Part shown: positions 39,146-52,239 of the stretch, in pieces
How positions within the stretch are numbered: position 1 is the stretch's first letter
How the letters are laid out: each line of letters opens with the position of its first letter
Assembly (NCBI RefSeq): GCF_001194135.2
Contig: NC_068983.1
Location: forward strand, 146,573,834 to 146,637,833
Source: Octopus bimaculoides
Lineage: Eukaryota
Length of the DNA stretch: 64,000 nucleotides
Reading direction: 5' to 3'
Program-made: the position numbers and the translations under genes
The notes under the pieces: generated by a model
Database searches by the model: none
The model's input: only the letters and a program-made list of their open reading frames with translations
Told to the model about the DNA's origin: nothing

Positions 39146-41050
39146 TGTAGTAACGCCCTATCTCATGCACATGCGTGGAATTCAACATCTAAACGTTCCC
39201 GCTTTTTTCATTCTCTTTTCCCGGCCGGGCGGCTATAAGCATAGACGTGTCAAGCTGTCTCTCCATCTTTCCAACTCTGGGGACAGCTCACATCAACATT
39301 CCAACGTCTCAGCAACCAAGTTCTCTCACAGAAGGCGTCTCAGCAACCACGATTAAAGATGCCTATTTTCACCATAAATAAATATTGTTGTGTTGATAGT
39401 TCGGAGTCAGCGTTACGTTGTTTCTATAGAATTTAATATAGGAAAGCAGGTGTACACCTAATGGTGTATAACCNNNNNNNNNNAAATAAATATTGTTGTG
39501 TTGATAGTTCGGAGTCAGCGTTACGTTGTTTCTATAGAATTTAATATAGGAAAGCAGGTGTACACCTAATGGTGTATAACCACTTTCCTAAAAGTGGTGA
39601 CCCCGAAGGCGAGAACCGTAGCCACGAAATCTGAACTACCAGCCGATAATACTACACGAGCCGTCAACTGTCTCTCAACATGCTCGTCACAGTTAGAGAA
39701 TGCACACAATCACTCGCATCAGCTTATTCCACAGCGTCCTCTACTTGCTGGAAATAGCAGCAAAATGCACAGTTACATTTCAGTGAGTACATAACATTTA
39801 TTGATGCTTACTTGTTCCCAGTTCAGCATATTTTTGTCACCTCTCCGTTTCTCTCGGCCGGAGAATGGAAGAGTTACTGGCTTATCTTTATTTGCATCGG
39901 GATTTTTTTTTTGTTCATTTTCACTCGCAGCTCCGAATTCATGACAGCATTTTCCAGCAATGCCACTCATCAAGGTCGACGCTAATGGTCGTACAGAGAT
40001 TGTGTCTGTCGACCGTCTGAAAAAGCATACCTTTTCAAACACCATCATTACCACCACACATACAGAANNNNNNNNNNACTAGAATATTCAGTACCAGGTA
40101 ACAGGTCTCAACTAGCATCCGACGCTCAACTACAGCTCTGCTCACTGACCACGACTTCCTGCGTATTAACATTCCAAATCTCCTTGTGTAACTTTTATAG
40201 AATATTCCGTACCAGGTAACAGGTCTCAACTAACATCCGACGCTCAACTACAGCTCTGCTCCTTTGACCACAACTTCCTGCGTATGGACATACTATAATC
40301 TTGTGTAACTCTTATACGAACTGGATTTTTTCTCTACAGACACTTTTACTATGTTCTGTGTTTTTTTCTCACACACACACACTTGTGCACTCATACATTT
40401 TCTTTCCTTTCAGAAAAAAACAAACAATCAGACTTTTCAGACTTTTACATTCCGTGATTTCAGTTCCTGGACAGTGGTCATCACGATTGTTTTATCATTG
40501 TCTCATTTGTTTTTCACTAGGTGGCATTTACTGCCCATTTTTACTTACATGTTTTCTTTCATCAATTCTTTTGTACATTGCATGCATGTATCTAACCATT
40601 GTCCATCATTTCCTTGAGTTTTCTTTATATATTTGTGCCGCATTTTCTGTGTGGTTTTCAGGCGTTCCTCCAATTTCTATTATCGTGCGTTCCGCACTAG
40701 CAAGGGAGCCCTGTAGTAACGCCCTATCTCATGCGCATGCGTGGAATTCAACATCTAAACGTTCCCGCTTTTTTCATTCTCTTTTCCCGGCCGGGCGGCT
40801 ATGAGCATGGACGTGTCAAGCTGTCTCTCCATCTTTCCAACTCTGGGGACAGCTCACATCAACATTCCAACGTCTCAGCAACCAAGCTCTCTCACAGAAG
40901 GCGTCTCAGCAACCAAGATTAAAGATGCCTATTTTCACCATAAATAAATATTGTTGTGTTGATAGTTCGGAGTCAGCGTTACGTTGTTTCTATTGAATTT
41001 AATATAGGAAAGCAGGTGTACACCTAATGGTGTATAACCACTTTCCTATA
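39146..41050 (+). mobile_element. Non-autonomous LTR retroelement (family B, copy 2) nested in the Gypsy protease
   Basis: LTRs 39146-39592 (contains a gap-related duplication) and 40712-41050 (339 bp, ~7 differences by eye); TSD GCCT at 39142-39145 and 41051-41054; PBS-like TGGTGACCCCG; 118-bp units at 40093 and 40211. Confidence 0.9.
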
Positions 41051-43290
41051 GCCTCTTCGCTTTACTAGTGACAAATCTAAGCGTTCGCTTATAGTATTGC
41101 ATGCAATTGATTCCTCCCCGATAAATACATTTAGTCAGCTTTCTCTACGCCTAGACATTGGTCTTCGTAGAGATTTTCAATGGGTTTTTGTCATAGCTGA
41201 CATTCCGCATCCTATTTTGGGTGCGGACTTTTTAAATCATTTTAACTTGTTGGTAGATGCTCGGCGTCGGAGGCTTGTCGATGATTCAACACCCCTCTTT
41301 ACGCCGGCAAATAGCTCTACTAACTCAACTCTAAGCCCAGCGTTTTTTATTGCCACTGCTGGAGATGTTTTTCATTCGCTTCTAGCTTCCTTTCACGAGC
41401 TGATGGACATAACTTTTAAGCCGGCAAAGCCCGCTCATTCCACCTTCCATTATATCAAAACAACTGGGCCGCCTGTTTTTTCGCGCCCACGACGTCTGGC
41501 ACCGGACCGCCTTAAGACGGCTAAGGCCGAGTTTGAACACATGCTTCAACTCGGCCTGATACGCCCTTCCACCAGCCCATGGGCATCTCCCCTTCATTTG
41601 GCGCGTAAAGGTGATTCTGATTTTCGTCCGGTGGGAGTCTATTGGCGACTCAATGCTGTAACGGTCCCAGATCGTTATCCAATTGGGAATTTGCATGTTC
41701 TTGCACATCCGGCTCCTGATGCTCCGCTCTCTTTGTCTGTGGATGCTTCAGATTCTGCGGTTGGTACTGCTTTGCAGCACACCGTAGATAATCAAACGCA
41801 ACCTTTGGTTTTCTTTTCTTGCCAATTGCAGCCTGCCGAACGCAGATATAGTACTTTTGATCGTGAATTATTAGCGATCTATCTGTCGATTCGGCATTTT
41901 CAGCACCAGCTCGAGGGACAGGAGTTTGTGATTTATACTGATCACAAGCCCCTTACGTTCACTCTGTTTTCTAAAACAGACAAACTCTCTCCTTGTGCTA
42001 CCGTCACCTGGACTATATTTCACAGTTTACAGGTGACATTCGTCATGTGCCAGGGAAGGAGAACATCCCTGTTGATGCTCTTTCGAGACTTCCTGTCAGT
42101 TCTATTTCCTCTCCTGCAACAATTGATTTACTTGCTATTTCGCAGGACCAACCTCTTTTGTCGAAGTTAGATTTAACTTCGCCAAAATTCAACAATTGTA
42201 AATTTGCCTATCTTCCGCTCCCTTCATTAGAAGGCACTATATTGTGTGACACATCCACCGGTTCTCCTAGGCCTTTAGTACCTGAGAACCATCAACGTTC
42301 TGTTTTTGATGCCCTTCATTCCTTATCACATCTGGGCATCTCTGCAACAGTAAAACTTGTCACTGCTCGGTTTTTCTGGCCCAACATGCGGCGATCAATT
42401 ACCACTTGGGCACGCTCTTGCATGAAGTGCTATAGTGCGAAAGTCCATAGGCACGTTTGTGCCCCTCTTGGACACTTTCATTCTCCAGAGGGCCGTTTTC
42501 GCCATGTTCACCTTGATTTGGTTGGACCATGGCCTGTGAGTCGCGGGTTCTCATATCTCTTAACCTGTGTTGATCGTTTTCTCCCGCTGGCCAGAAGCCA
42601 TTCCTATATCAGATATTACTTCTGAGAATGTTGCACGAGCTTTCGTTTCTGGTTGGGTTTCTAGATTCGGCGTACCGTCCAGCTTGACTACGGATCGTGG
42701 TCGACAGTTTAAAGCAGCATTATTTCGTGAGTTATCGCGAATCCTGGGGGTGCATCATATACGCACCACCAGCTGCCATCCCGCTTCTAATGGGATGGTG
42801 GAGCGTTTTCATAGGCAAACTAAAGGCTGCATTGCGCACCTCGCCCAATCCACAGTCATGGACTGAATTTCTTCCTGTTGTCCTACTTGGATGCCGGACT
42901 GCGGTTAAAGCAGACCTTGGTTTTTCTGCAGCAGAATTATTGTATGGTACTACACTGACATTGCCTGGTACGATGTTGGTACCAGACAAATCACAGCCTC
43001 CAAATCCAGCGTCTTATGTCACTCGATTACGAGATTATTTTTCTAACCTTCCTACTATGAGTTCCCGGCAACAATCTCCATCTTCTAAAGTGCCATCAGA
43101 CATTGATTCTTGGTCACATGTGTTTGTTAGGGATGATTCTTTTAGAGGACCCCTTGTTTCTCCTTATAAAGGACCCTTTCGTGTGCTCTCTCGCACACCC
43201 AATTTTTTTTAAATAGACGCTAATGGTCATACGGAGACCGTGTCTGTCGACCGTCTGAAGAAAGCGTATTTTGATAAAACTACATCTTCC
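41051..43290 (+). pseudogene. Gypsy pol: protease C-terminus, RT with core deleted, RNase H, integrase
   Basis: ILGADFL, PSTSPWASPLH, DRYPI, VDASD, ELLAIY, TDHKPL, HHCC finger, [28 protein letters not shown]; a few frameshifts. Confidence 0.92.
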
Positions 43291-43829
43291 GTTGACAATA
43301 TTGACATGCCCCCCCTTTCAACCTTTGCATATACCTTTATCAACACCATCACCAACACATACACCTGTGACAACTCCACCTTCGTCATTGAGAACTACCA
43401 CAAGTGAACCCTATGTTACTAGGTCTGGCCGTACAGTGCACTGGCCCAAGAAACTCTCCAAGACAATTTATATTTGACTAATTGTACATTATTGCATTTT
43501 CAGCTTTCCTTTTGTAAAAAGGGCTCAAACTGTGTTTTTCCCTATTAGTGCTGAACACTCATAGAAATTTCTTGCGTCACTGCATCAATCACAAGTAATA
43601 AAGGAAATGCAGTGATGTAAGTAGAAAAAATTTTTTTTACAGCCAACAACACTTACCGAGCTGAACTTGACTTGTGCAGCTGGAATATTATTTTCCATGT
43701 GCATTGTATTACATTGTTGGGTATTTCTATTCTCTGTATTAACAATTTTTTTCATTTTCATTGTGTATCTATAGCCGCATCTTGTTTCAGGCGCCCACTA
43801 CAATCTCCTCCTTGTTCGTGCTACGCACT

Positions 43830-43850
43830 CGGGGGTGGGTGGGGGGAGAG
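43830..43850 (+). promoter_or_regulatory. Polypurine tract of the Gypsy element
   Basis: GGGGGTGGGTGGGGGGAGAG just before the 3' LTR. Confidence 0.75.
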
Positions 43851-43854
43851 TCAC

Positions 43855-44240
43855 TGTAGTGGCACGAAATTATGGCCGCCATTAAGGAAGTGCAGTCTAC
43901 ACATGCGCAAGGGACTTGCCTTCCCGGAAGCCCCTCGAATGCGCATGCGTAGTAAACCAATACTTAAAACGCTTCGCGCGTTTTCTAAACATCTTTAGCA
44001 TGATGCCTTCTATGTGACAACAACTTGCTCCTCAACAAAGCTCTTAATCTCAAGATGCTGATTACAGGTTAACCAGCAGCTACCAGGCTGTATGACACAG
44101 GATTTGTAAAGCCAAGCATCACCAAAATAAAACTTATTTTTATTATGTTGTTAATTGTTCTACTGTTTCCTAATAAATAATTTTGTTAAAAGGTGATAGA
44201 GAGAGACTAATGTCTCTATTGTTACTATCAACCTTTTATA
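43855..44240 (+). repeat. Gypsy 3' LTR (386 bp)
   Basis: TGTAGTGG...CCTTTTATA; AATAAA at ~44126. Confidence 0.9.
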
Positions 44241-45109
44241 AGTTAAAGTGAAATCTTGAGAAATATTGGTCTATTTTCGTCAATAAAAATCACATCATGG
44301 AATGAATATTATTTTAATACAGTTCTATATTTAAGAGATCAGGAATTATGTACATTATTTACAATTGATCAAACTCAGTAACAATCTATTAAGCAACAAC
44401 TACTCCAAAAGCATACTCTCCACTCCAATTACGAAGAAAAGAGAAGATGAAACCGATAAACTGTTCACAGTCTGTCTACCCCATGCGGAGGCCTCTCCGA
44501 AAAGATAGAAAAGATACGCGGCCCATATGACACCAGGACAGTATTCAAAAGTAATACACTTCGCAAATATCTCCTTCGAGTAAAACCACCAATAGAAGAG
44601 AATATGACTTGTTTTACAATTTAAACAATGACATTTTCCATAAACATTCAGGCTGTTTTGATCCACATGTTTTCCTACAATAAGATCAGTCTAAATTGTA
44701 ACTGAAATGTATCAACTAGTCTATCTTTCTAATTTGAGAAGAAACAAAAATTAGTAATTCAATATAATTAAGGAAGCTATAGTTTTCTGAAGGTTGGTTT
44801 GTGGACAGAACTTTCAGTTTGGGAACTATCTATCTGAATTCATGTAGGGTCTTAAATTGATCATAAATCAAGATAATTTTTGATGTGTGACTAATTTAAA
44901 TTTTATCAGATTTACAAAATTTAAAACACAATGTCCAAAACTGGACATTTCTGGTAGCCTTGTTCGTAGACATTAACATTTATTCCTTCACAAAATGATA
45001 TGATCTGTTCCTCTCATAATAACAATAGACAGACCTTGGTAAAAAAAAACAAACAAACAAAGAAAATACCTTTGTAAAATAATGCAGTAGAAGGGCTGTG
45101 AAACTTCTA

Positions 45110-46372
45110 TTGGGTTGGCAACTGAGTTCTCGCTGCTTTTTTAAATTTTGGAATTTATTGCGTTTTCAAATTTTGGAATCTATTTTTATCAAGAATTCTA
45201 TTTTTGAATCATTTTGGAATCTATATTGTTTTTTTTCTAGTTAATTTTAATTAATTTTTGTTTATTTTCAGATCATTAAAATGGAATATCAAGTTAAGAA
45301 AAACGAGCGTTTTCGACACCTCCTTCTTTTTGCTTTTAATCAAGGTTCGAATGCCACAAAAGCTGCTCGCAACATTTGTACTGTGTATGGAGAGGGTGCC
45401 ATAGCTGAAAGAACCACTTGTGATTGGTATGCCAAGTTCAAAAATGGAAATTTTGACCTCAAAAACACACTTCATTCTGGCTGTCCAGTTGAGTTCGATG
45501 AAGAACGATTAAATCAACTTTTGCAAGAAAATTCTTGTCAAATGACATGGGAACTGGCAGAGAAAATGGAATGTTCCCACACTGCTATAAAGAAGCATCT
45601 TCACTCGATGAGAAAGGCTCAGAAGTATGGAGCATGGGTTCTGTATGCTTTAAGTAACAACAAAAATCAACGAACCACAGTCTCTGTTGGTTTGCTTGCT
45701 CGTCACCGCTCAACTCATGGACACAAGCAACGATTTCTTTACTGAATCACTACTGGCGACGAAAAATGTTGCCTGTACATCAATATGAAGCAGCTTAAGG
45801 AACAGCTTAGCCCCGGTAAACAAGCAACACCGTGTGTGAAACAAGATCTTCATCCGCGTAAAATGATGTTGTGCATATGGCAGAACTGGGAAGGGATTAT
45901 CCATTACGAATTGCTTGAACAGAACCAACAGATGGAACGACTCAACACAGCTATTCAAGAGAAAAGACCTAATCGGCAGCATGGAGTTCTTCTGCTGCAT
46001 AACAATGCCTGCCCTCATATCACCAATATGACCAAGGAAGCTATTCAAATGCATGGCTTGGAAGTGGTGCCACACCCTCCGTATTCTTCTGATTTGGCAC
46101 CAACAGATTTCCACCTCTTTTGATCTCTTTCAAATGCTATGCGTGGAGTTTCATTCAATACTGATGCAGAATTGAGCGCTTGGTTGGATCAATTTTTCGT
46201 GTTGAAATCGGGTGATTTCTACCAACGAGGTATTGAAAATCTTGTTGAACGTTGGGAAGAAGTTGTAAACAACAAGGGTAAATACATTATTGATTAATTA
46301 GTTGTTATTTTTTATTAAACTTTAAAAAAATTTTAATTTTAAAAACCGGCGGAAACTTAGTTGCCAACCTAA
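45110..46372 (+). mobile_element. Full-length but inactive mariner (DD34D type), 1263 bp; transposase remnant 45281-46297
   Basis: TIRs TTGGGTTGGCAACTGAG / CTTAGTTGCCAACCTAA; TA TSDs; TGDEK, HNNACPH, YSSDLAPTDFHLF; internal stops and a deletion. Confidence 0.92.
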
Positions 46373-47194
46373 TATTTTTGAGAAAGAAGAGCATCAGATA
46401 TTCATGGGTTCTTCATTGGTTGTCCAGGTCCTGGACTAAAGTAATGCAGAAGCTAATTCATGTCCACCTCATAGGTTCAGGCTATACTGATATGAATATC
46501 TACTTGTCTTAGAAAACAATAATGTGAAAATAATTTGGAACTTCAACACATATTCAGGTCACCAGACAACCACTGTAAATCTGACATTTTGTCTTAACAA
46601 AAATGACCATAGTGTATTAATAATTGACAAAGTAATTTCTAAATGACTAGCACTGAGACAAAAGTGGTTATGAAATAAAATGCTATGATAAAACACAAAT
46701 ATCACACTGATTAAGTTTTATTAAAGATCTTGAATCATTACAAATGTTTATTATAAGATTTTAAATCATTTATAATTAAAAATAATTCGCAAAAATTTTA
46801 ATGTTAGGAATTATGTAAAGTATCATATAACAAGTGAATTGATTAATTCTAAAAAAGTTTATGTAAAATAAAAGTTAAAACCGAAGTTGACAAGAGATAA
46901 AAAAAAACCTCTTAAAAAACAAAAAGCAGAGCAAAAGCAAAAAAAAAAACATGGCTACCAGCAAATAATTACAGTGTTAGATATTTAACTGGTTTTGCTT
47001 ATGGACACTGTTTTAGCTTAATCATGGGGATGTGAGTTCGAGTCCACAGCTAACCACCTACACTTTTTTTCTGCAAAATAAGGGTTAGTTTATCCTGTTC
47101 AGACTATATTATTAGCATTATCATGCGATTGAGAATTTAAAATCACTTCTGTAACTTTCTATAAAAATTTATAAGTGATTGCAGCTTCTGGAAA

Positions 47195-47370
47195 GATGTG
47201 TATGTGTGTTTGTGTGTGTGTGCGTGCGTGCATGTGTGCATGTGTGTGTGCGTGCATGCATATGTGTGTGCAGGCATGTGTGTGTGCATGTGTATGCATG
47301 CGGGCATATGTGTGCGTGTACGTGTGTGTGTAGGGAGCGTACACGTGCGTGCATACATGTGTGGTCTCAT
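47195..47370. repeat. Degenerate (TG)n / (TGCA) microsatellite
   Basis: Seen directly. Confidence 0.9.
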
Positions 47371-47738
47371 GATAGCATGGTTTCTAAATTCAAAATTACA
47401 TTAATTTATTTTAAAGTTAATGTTCATTATGATTATTTCAGCTAATGGAATACATTTGTTTGAAAGTATTTTTGTGAAAATCAGTCTTTTAATTTAAAAC
47501 TTAATAAATTTATGATTAAATTAAAGGTATTAAAAGAATACACTTGTATATTTAAACTTAGAATAGAAATGAATAAAGAAAACTTATAGAATTAAAAGGA
47601 AGCAAGCATTGAACGAGATACAAATTTAAGTCATCGGGTGAGCTTTGACAATTATTACAGGATTAAGCAGTTAATGAAATCAGTTTAGTTTAAGTACAGA
47701 ATAATTTTGAATGTTGTAAGAAATATTTTGTATGAAGT

Positions 47739-47900
47739 TTAAACATATTTCTTAATCCATTCTAATCCGTGATAAACAGAAGAAAATGCCCCTGGCTTTG
47801 CTATATCTCCTTTACAGCCTATCATACCAAAGCTGGTAACACCATGTATTACCCAAAAACCATGGTCATTGAGTGTTTGTAATGGACCTCCACTGTCACC
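47739..47900 (-). CDS. S1 serine protease, last coding exon (catalytic Ser)
   Basis: Acceptor TTCCTAG, phase 0; GDSGGPLQTLNDHGFWVIHGVTSFGMIGCKGDIAKPGAFSSVYHGLEWIKKYV*. Confidence 0.95.
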   Translation of the reverse strand, partial: GDSGGPLQTLNDHGFWVIHGVTSFGMIGCKGDIAKPGAFSSVYHGLEWIKKYV

Positions 47901-48399
47901 CTAGGAAAGAATAAAAAAAAATTATGAATATTTAGATATCATAAAACTGACAAATTATTACATTATTTATACAAGCCATTACTGCATTCATCATCATCAT
48001 TTTAAGATCCGCTTTTCCATGCTTGCATGGGTTGGGTGGAGGTTATTGACAGACTTTTACAACCAGATGCACTCTCAACTAAAGGAGGAGTAGTATTTGG
48101 GAAGGTAGCTTTGTGACAGGTGGTGAGAAGTTCATGAATAGAAGGTCAAATAAGTTAAAATGCATGACCTATTTGATGTCTAAAGAAGACAAATTGTTAG
48201 AGTATGGATCACTGGAACTTCAGTTACTAATGCTGTGGATTTGTATATTTTGAGAGGTATGGTCTAGAAAACTATGTAGGCATTCCAAAATTTAAAACCA
48301 TCTCTGGCAATTATAATTCTAGATGGAAGCAAAGCACACATAGTGGGATTGCAGAATACTGAAACGTGTGTTTAAAAGTCATCAAGTTACATCAGCAAA

Positions 48400-49157
48400 A
48401 GTGACAACAGATATAAACCATTCCCTTGTCAACTCTGTGACCATGAAAACCATTTGTGGTGTCTAGGCTATCAGAAGAGGTCAATAGCTCAGTGGAACAA
48501 TATAATTTCACATGAATCATCTTTCATCATTTTTCGTCCTTTGGGATGTGTTTATTTTCAGATAGATTTCAAATAGACCCTCAACCCTGATAGGTTGAGG
48601 GTCTATTTGGACTCCATCCCATAGCTACCTCTGTGAAGCACAGAGGTAGTTATGTGATGATTTGGGCAACCCTTTGGCAGAATTCTCTTGTCACTTTAGT
48701 TGTTCTACATGGCAGAGTTAATGCAAAAGAATTTTTTTAGTAGTTCAAATGATCATGGCCATCCTATGGCACAAGCATTGTTCCCCGATAGTAGTGCAAT
48801 CTTTCCAGGCGATAATGTACTGATTCACAGAGGCTAGCATTATTCAAAATTTATATGAATAACACAAAAGTGAAGTAGACCACAATCACCAGATCTCAAT
48901 ATAACTGAACATTTGTAGTATATTTTAGAGCAGCAAGTAAGGAGCCACTTCCCTGTATCATTGTTGGTGAAAGAGCTAGAGCAAGTTTTTCTTAATGAAT
49001 GGCTCAGAGTTCCCCTAGTAGCCATTCAGAATCTGTACAAGTCGGTGTTTTGATGTATTAAAGCTGAGATTGATGCCAAAGTTGATGCTACCTCATATTA
49101 TGTAATAAAACTTATTTACACACTGTGTTTTCATTATTTTATTCAACCCCTCGATAT
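48400..49157 (+). mobile_element. Highly decayed Tc1-like transposon (approximate ends)
   Basis: Remnants ..ESSF, VKHRG..VMIW, SPDLNITEHL; TIR-like TTTATTCAACCCCT. Confidence 0.5.
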
Positions 49158-49196
49158 ATATATGTGCGAGTGTGCGTGTATATGTGTGTGTACGTA

Positions 49197-49246
<50 letters not shown>

Positions 49247-49269
49247 CCTACCTACCTACCTACCTACCT

Positions 49270-50065
49270 ATAAGAGGGGGTAACCAGAAACGTTCTCCGT
49301 GAGACATGCCCATTGTAGTTCAGGCTTCTGCCGCTAAAAGCCACTTGATGCGATCCTCAGGTATCAGTCGGCTGACTGGTGTTGTCCAGTGAGGTCGTAT
49401 TATCATGTGGCTGAAATGAAAGAACTGCGTGCTTATATGAAATTCTGTTTTCTGCTGGGAAAAATGGCAACCGAAACAGTTGTCATGCTCATGCTTCAAT
49501 CAGCTTGCACGGATGCTGCCATGAGCAAAACAGAAGTTTACGAGTGGTTTTCATGCTTTATGAATGGTTACTTGTTGTTTGAGGACCAACATTGTTCAGG
49601 GCAACCATTAACTTCCCGAACGAATGAAAGATCGCAAAAATGCATGAACTGATCTTGGAAGACCATCACTGAACAATTGACGAACTTGTTTTGGAGCTCT
49701 AGCCAATGAATCTTGAGCAAGGAATTGCAAATGAAAAGAGTTTAAATGAAATTTGTGCCTTTGTTGCTCAAGGAAGTTCAAAAGCAGTCATGACTGAATG
49801 CATGTCATGAACTGAAAAACAGTTGGAAGTTGATCTGTACCAATTTTCGAAGGTCCTCACTAATGAAGAAGGCTTGTGCTACGGAATTTGAAGATGTGGA
49901 AGAGGTGGAGAAAAAAACAATGGAAGCATTAAAAGGCATAATTTCACAAAAGTTCCAGCACTGCTTCCAATAGTGGAAAATGTGTCTGGACTGATGCCTT
50001 GCTTCAAATGGAAAATACTTTGAAAGTAATATGTAAACTTGTTAAAGCGAATAAAATAATATTGC
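49270..50065 (+). mobile_element. Decayed mariner-like element
   Basis: ELRAYMKFCFLLGKMATETV..MSKTEVYEWF..F...EDQHCSGQPLTS. Confidence 0.7.
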
Positions 50066-51109
50066 NNNNNNNNNNNNNNNNNNNNNNNNNNNNNNNNNNN
50101 NNNNNNNNNNNNNNNNNNNNNNNNNNNNNNNNNNNNNNNNNNNNNNNNNNNNNNNNNNNNNATATATATATATATATATAAAGAACCCTTCGCATGATTT
50201 TCCAAAATTTCACATTGCTTGCTCTGCTGCTGACACAATCATACCATGTGAAATGACCAGCTAAGAAATTTCTCTAGTTTTAATCGCTCATCTTCCATTC
50301 ATCTAACTTGTGATACTAAAATGCTGTACTTTGATTTAAAATAACTTTCAAAATTCATAATTCTTTAATTCTTAAAATGACTTTCAAAACTTGCAATCCT
50401 TTAAATCTTTGCAATATTCTCTCCCTGTTTCATAAAGCATGTGTTTCCATATTTTGCCATGATTTCCTCAGCAATCTCCCCCTCCCTCTCTAAAATTCCT
50501 AAATATTCTCATCTTGTTTTATAACTTGTGTCTTTCTCATACTTGGCATGATTCCCCCAGCGATAAAGTCTTTCAAATCTCTATCTGCCTCACTAGTGTT
50601 TTCTTACTGCTATTTCCTGAGATGAAGCTGGCCATTGTTTGTCCGTGATGTGTCCACCCATTCCCGCACCCACCACCTATACTGGAAATCTCTTCTCTTA
50701 TACCAAAGACCCCTACAGGGCTCTGCCTTACTTCTGTACCAGAAGACTTGCATAAGTCCTCCCTTCCCACCAGCAGCAATCATCCACATTACTGCATGCA
50801 CCAAAAGAAGATGTGTTACTTAGTAAACTAACAAACCACCTACCTCTTTCTCTCTATATGATCGACTAACCAATAGTGGCACATTTACTTAATTTAAACA
50901 TTGACCTATTTATGTTTTCAGCAATAACGTATATATTTACAACACTCATAACACTTATATTTACAATGCTTACATTACACTCACTCCCAACAGGGGGAAC
51001 AATTTTCAATATGTTTGAATGATGGTAAGTTAAAGTGAGAACAACAGATGTGACATGTTTGTTATCAAACGATCATTGAAACCTTCTTTTTAAGTGCTGA
51101 ATACCATCA

Positions 51110-51585
51110 CTCCTTCCCTTGCACCCTCCCATGCCCCTTTTCCAGTTTTCAGAGTTGGCACTGCCAATGTAGGCACATTGAAAGGTAGGTCTAACGAAAT
51201 AGTGGAGATGCTTGAATAAAGGCATGTTGATGTATGTTGCATCCAAGAAGTAAGGTGGAGGGGAGCTTCAGCCAGGTTCATCACAGGCAAGACACAAAGG
51301 TATAAAATTTTGTGGGAAGGTAACAGCGACGGGGAAGGTGGTATGGGCATACTCCTTGCAGAGAAATCGGTGGTGTGGGCATACTTCTTGCAGAGAAATC
51401 GGTGGTGTGGGCATACTTCTTGCAGAGAAATCGGTGGTGTGGGCATACTTCTTGCAGAGANNNNNNNNNNTGCAGAGAAATCGGTGGTGTGGGCATACTT
51501 CTTGCAGAGAAATCGGTGGTGTGGGCATACTTCTTGCAGAGAAATCGGTGGTGTGGGCATACTTCTTGCAGAGAAATTGGTGGAT
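51110..51585 (+). mobile_element. RTE AP-endonuclease fragment ending in a 32-bp minisatellite (51337-51578)
   Basis: FRVGTANVGTLKGRSNEIVEMLE...CIQEVRWRG; unit GGTGGTGTGGGCATACTTCTTGCAGAGAAATC, at least 7 copies, with a 10-N gap inside. Confidence 0.9.
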
Positions 51586-51829
51586 TTACTGATATCTATT
51601 CGTTAAAATTTAACCTTATTCCTTTACATTGTGTGCCTACTTGATATCTGCCAGGACTTTTAAATTCCATTTTTTCTTACATATATATTATCAATATTTA
51701 ACAAAAACATCTTTGAATGATTATTCCGGAGCATATTCACCATCTACTTCAATTTCTGCTTGGCATTTTGTTAAAATTTTTTGTTAAATAAAATTTATTG
51801 AAAAACAGCCGCAATAATTATGCACCAAC

Positions 51830-51867
<38 letters not shown>

Positions 51868-51872
<5 letters not shown>

Positions 51873-52200
51873 TAGACTACTCATGACCCGTTGGGTTACT
51901 GGGAATCTCAGTTTCCCAGCAACAGAGTTTTGTTTTGTGGGGTCTTTTCTTTCCCAGGTTATTTTGCATGCTTTCAACAAATGTAACATTGAAATCACAC
52001 GTAAACGGCTTCTTTCCCCCAGAAAAGGAAAGATTTGGCTGCTATTTCTTGCACGCCCTGCTACCACGTAACAGGTTTGTCGGATCCTTTATCGCAAATA
52101 CCTGTTATGTAGTAGTAGGGCGTGCTAGAAATAGCAGCCAAATCTTTGGAGGTGAGATAAAGTTGAATGCACTCGAAAAAACCTAGGGAAAAACTATTTC
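51868..52200. repeat. Hairpin-rich short element (Helitron/HINE-like or MITE, tentative)
   Basis: Follows (TA)n and starts ACTAGA..GACCCG; inner inverted repeat 52029-52147 and weaker outer arms ~51950-51985 / ~52163-52195. Confidence 0.5.
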
Positions 52201-52239
52201 ATATCGAGGTTACGAAGTTCATGATATATATGTGTTTAT

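Larger units (their letters stand above)
22834..44240 (+). mobile_element. Gypsy LTR retrotransposon, full span including nested insertions
   Basis: 22834-22853 TGTAGTGGCGCGAAATTATG matches the start of the 3' LTR (43855-43874) at 19/20; the rest of the 5' LTR is at 37891-38352; flanks AGTG (22830-22833) and AGTT (44241-44244) fit a 4-bp TSD with one change. Confidence 0.75.

Noticed and set aside
51337-51578. CRISPR-like 32-bp direct repeats
   Set aside because: No spacers and no cas genes; the unit is RTE endonuclease coding sequence in eukaryotic DNA
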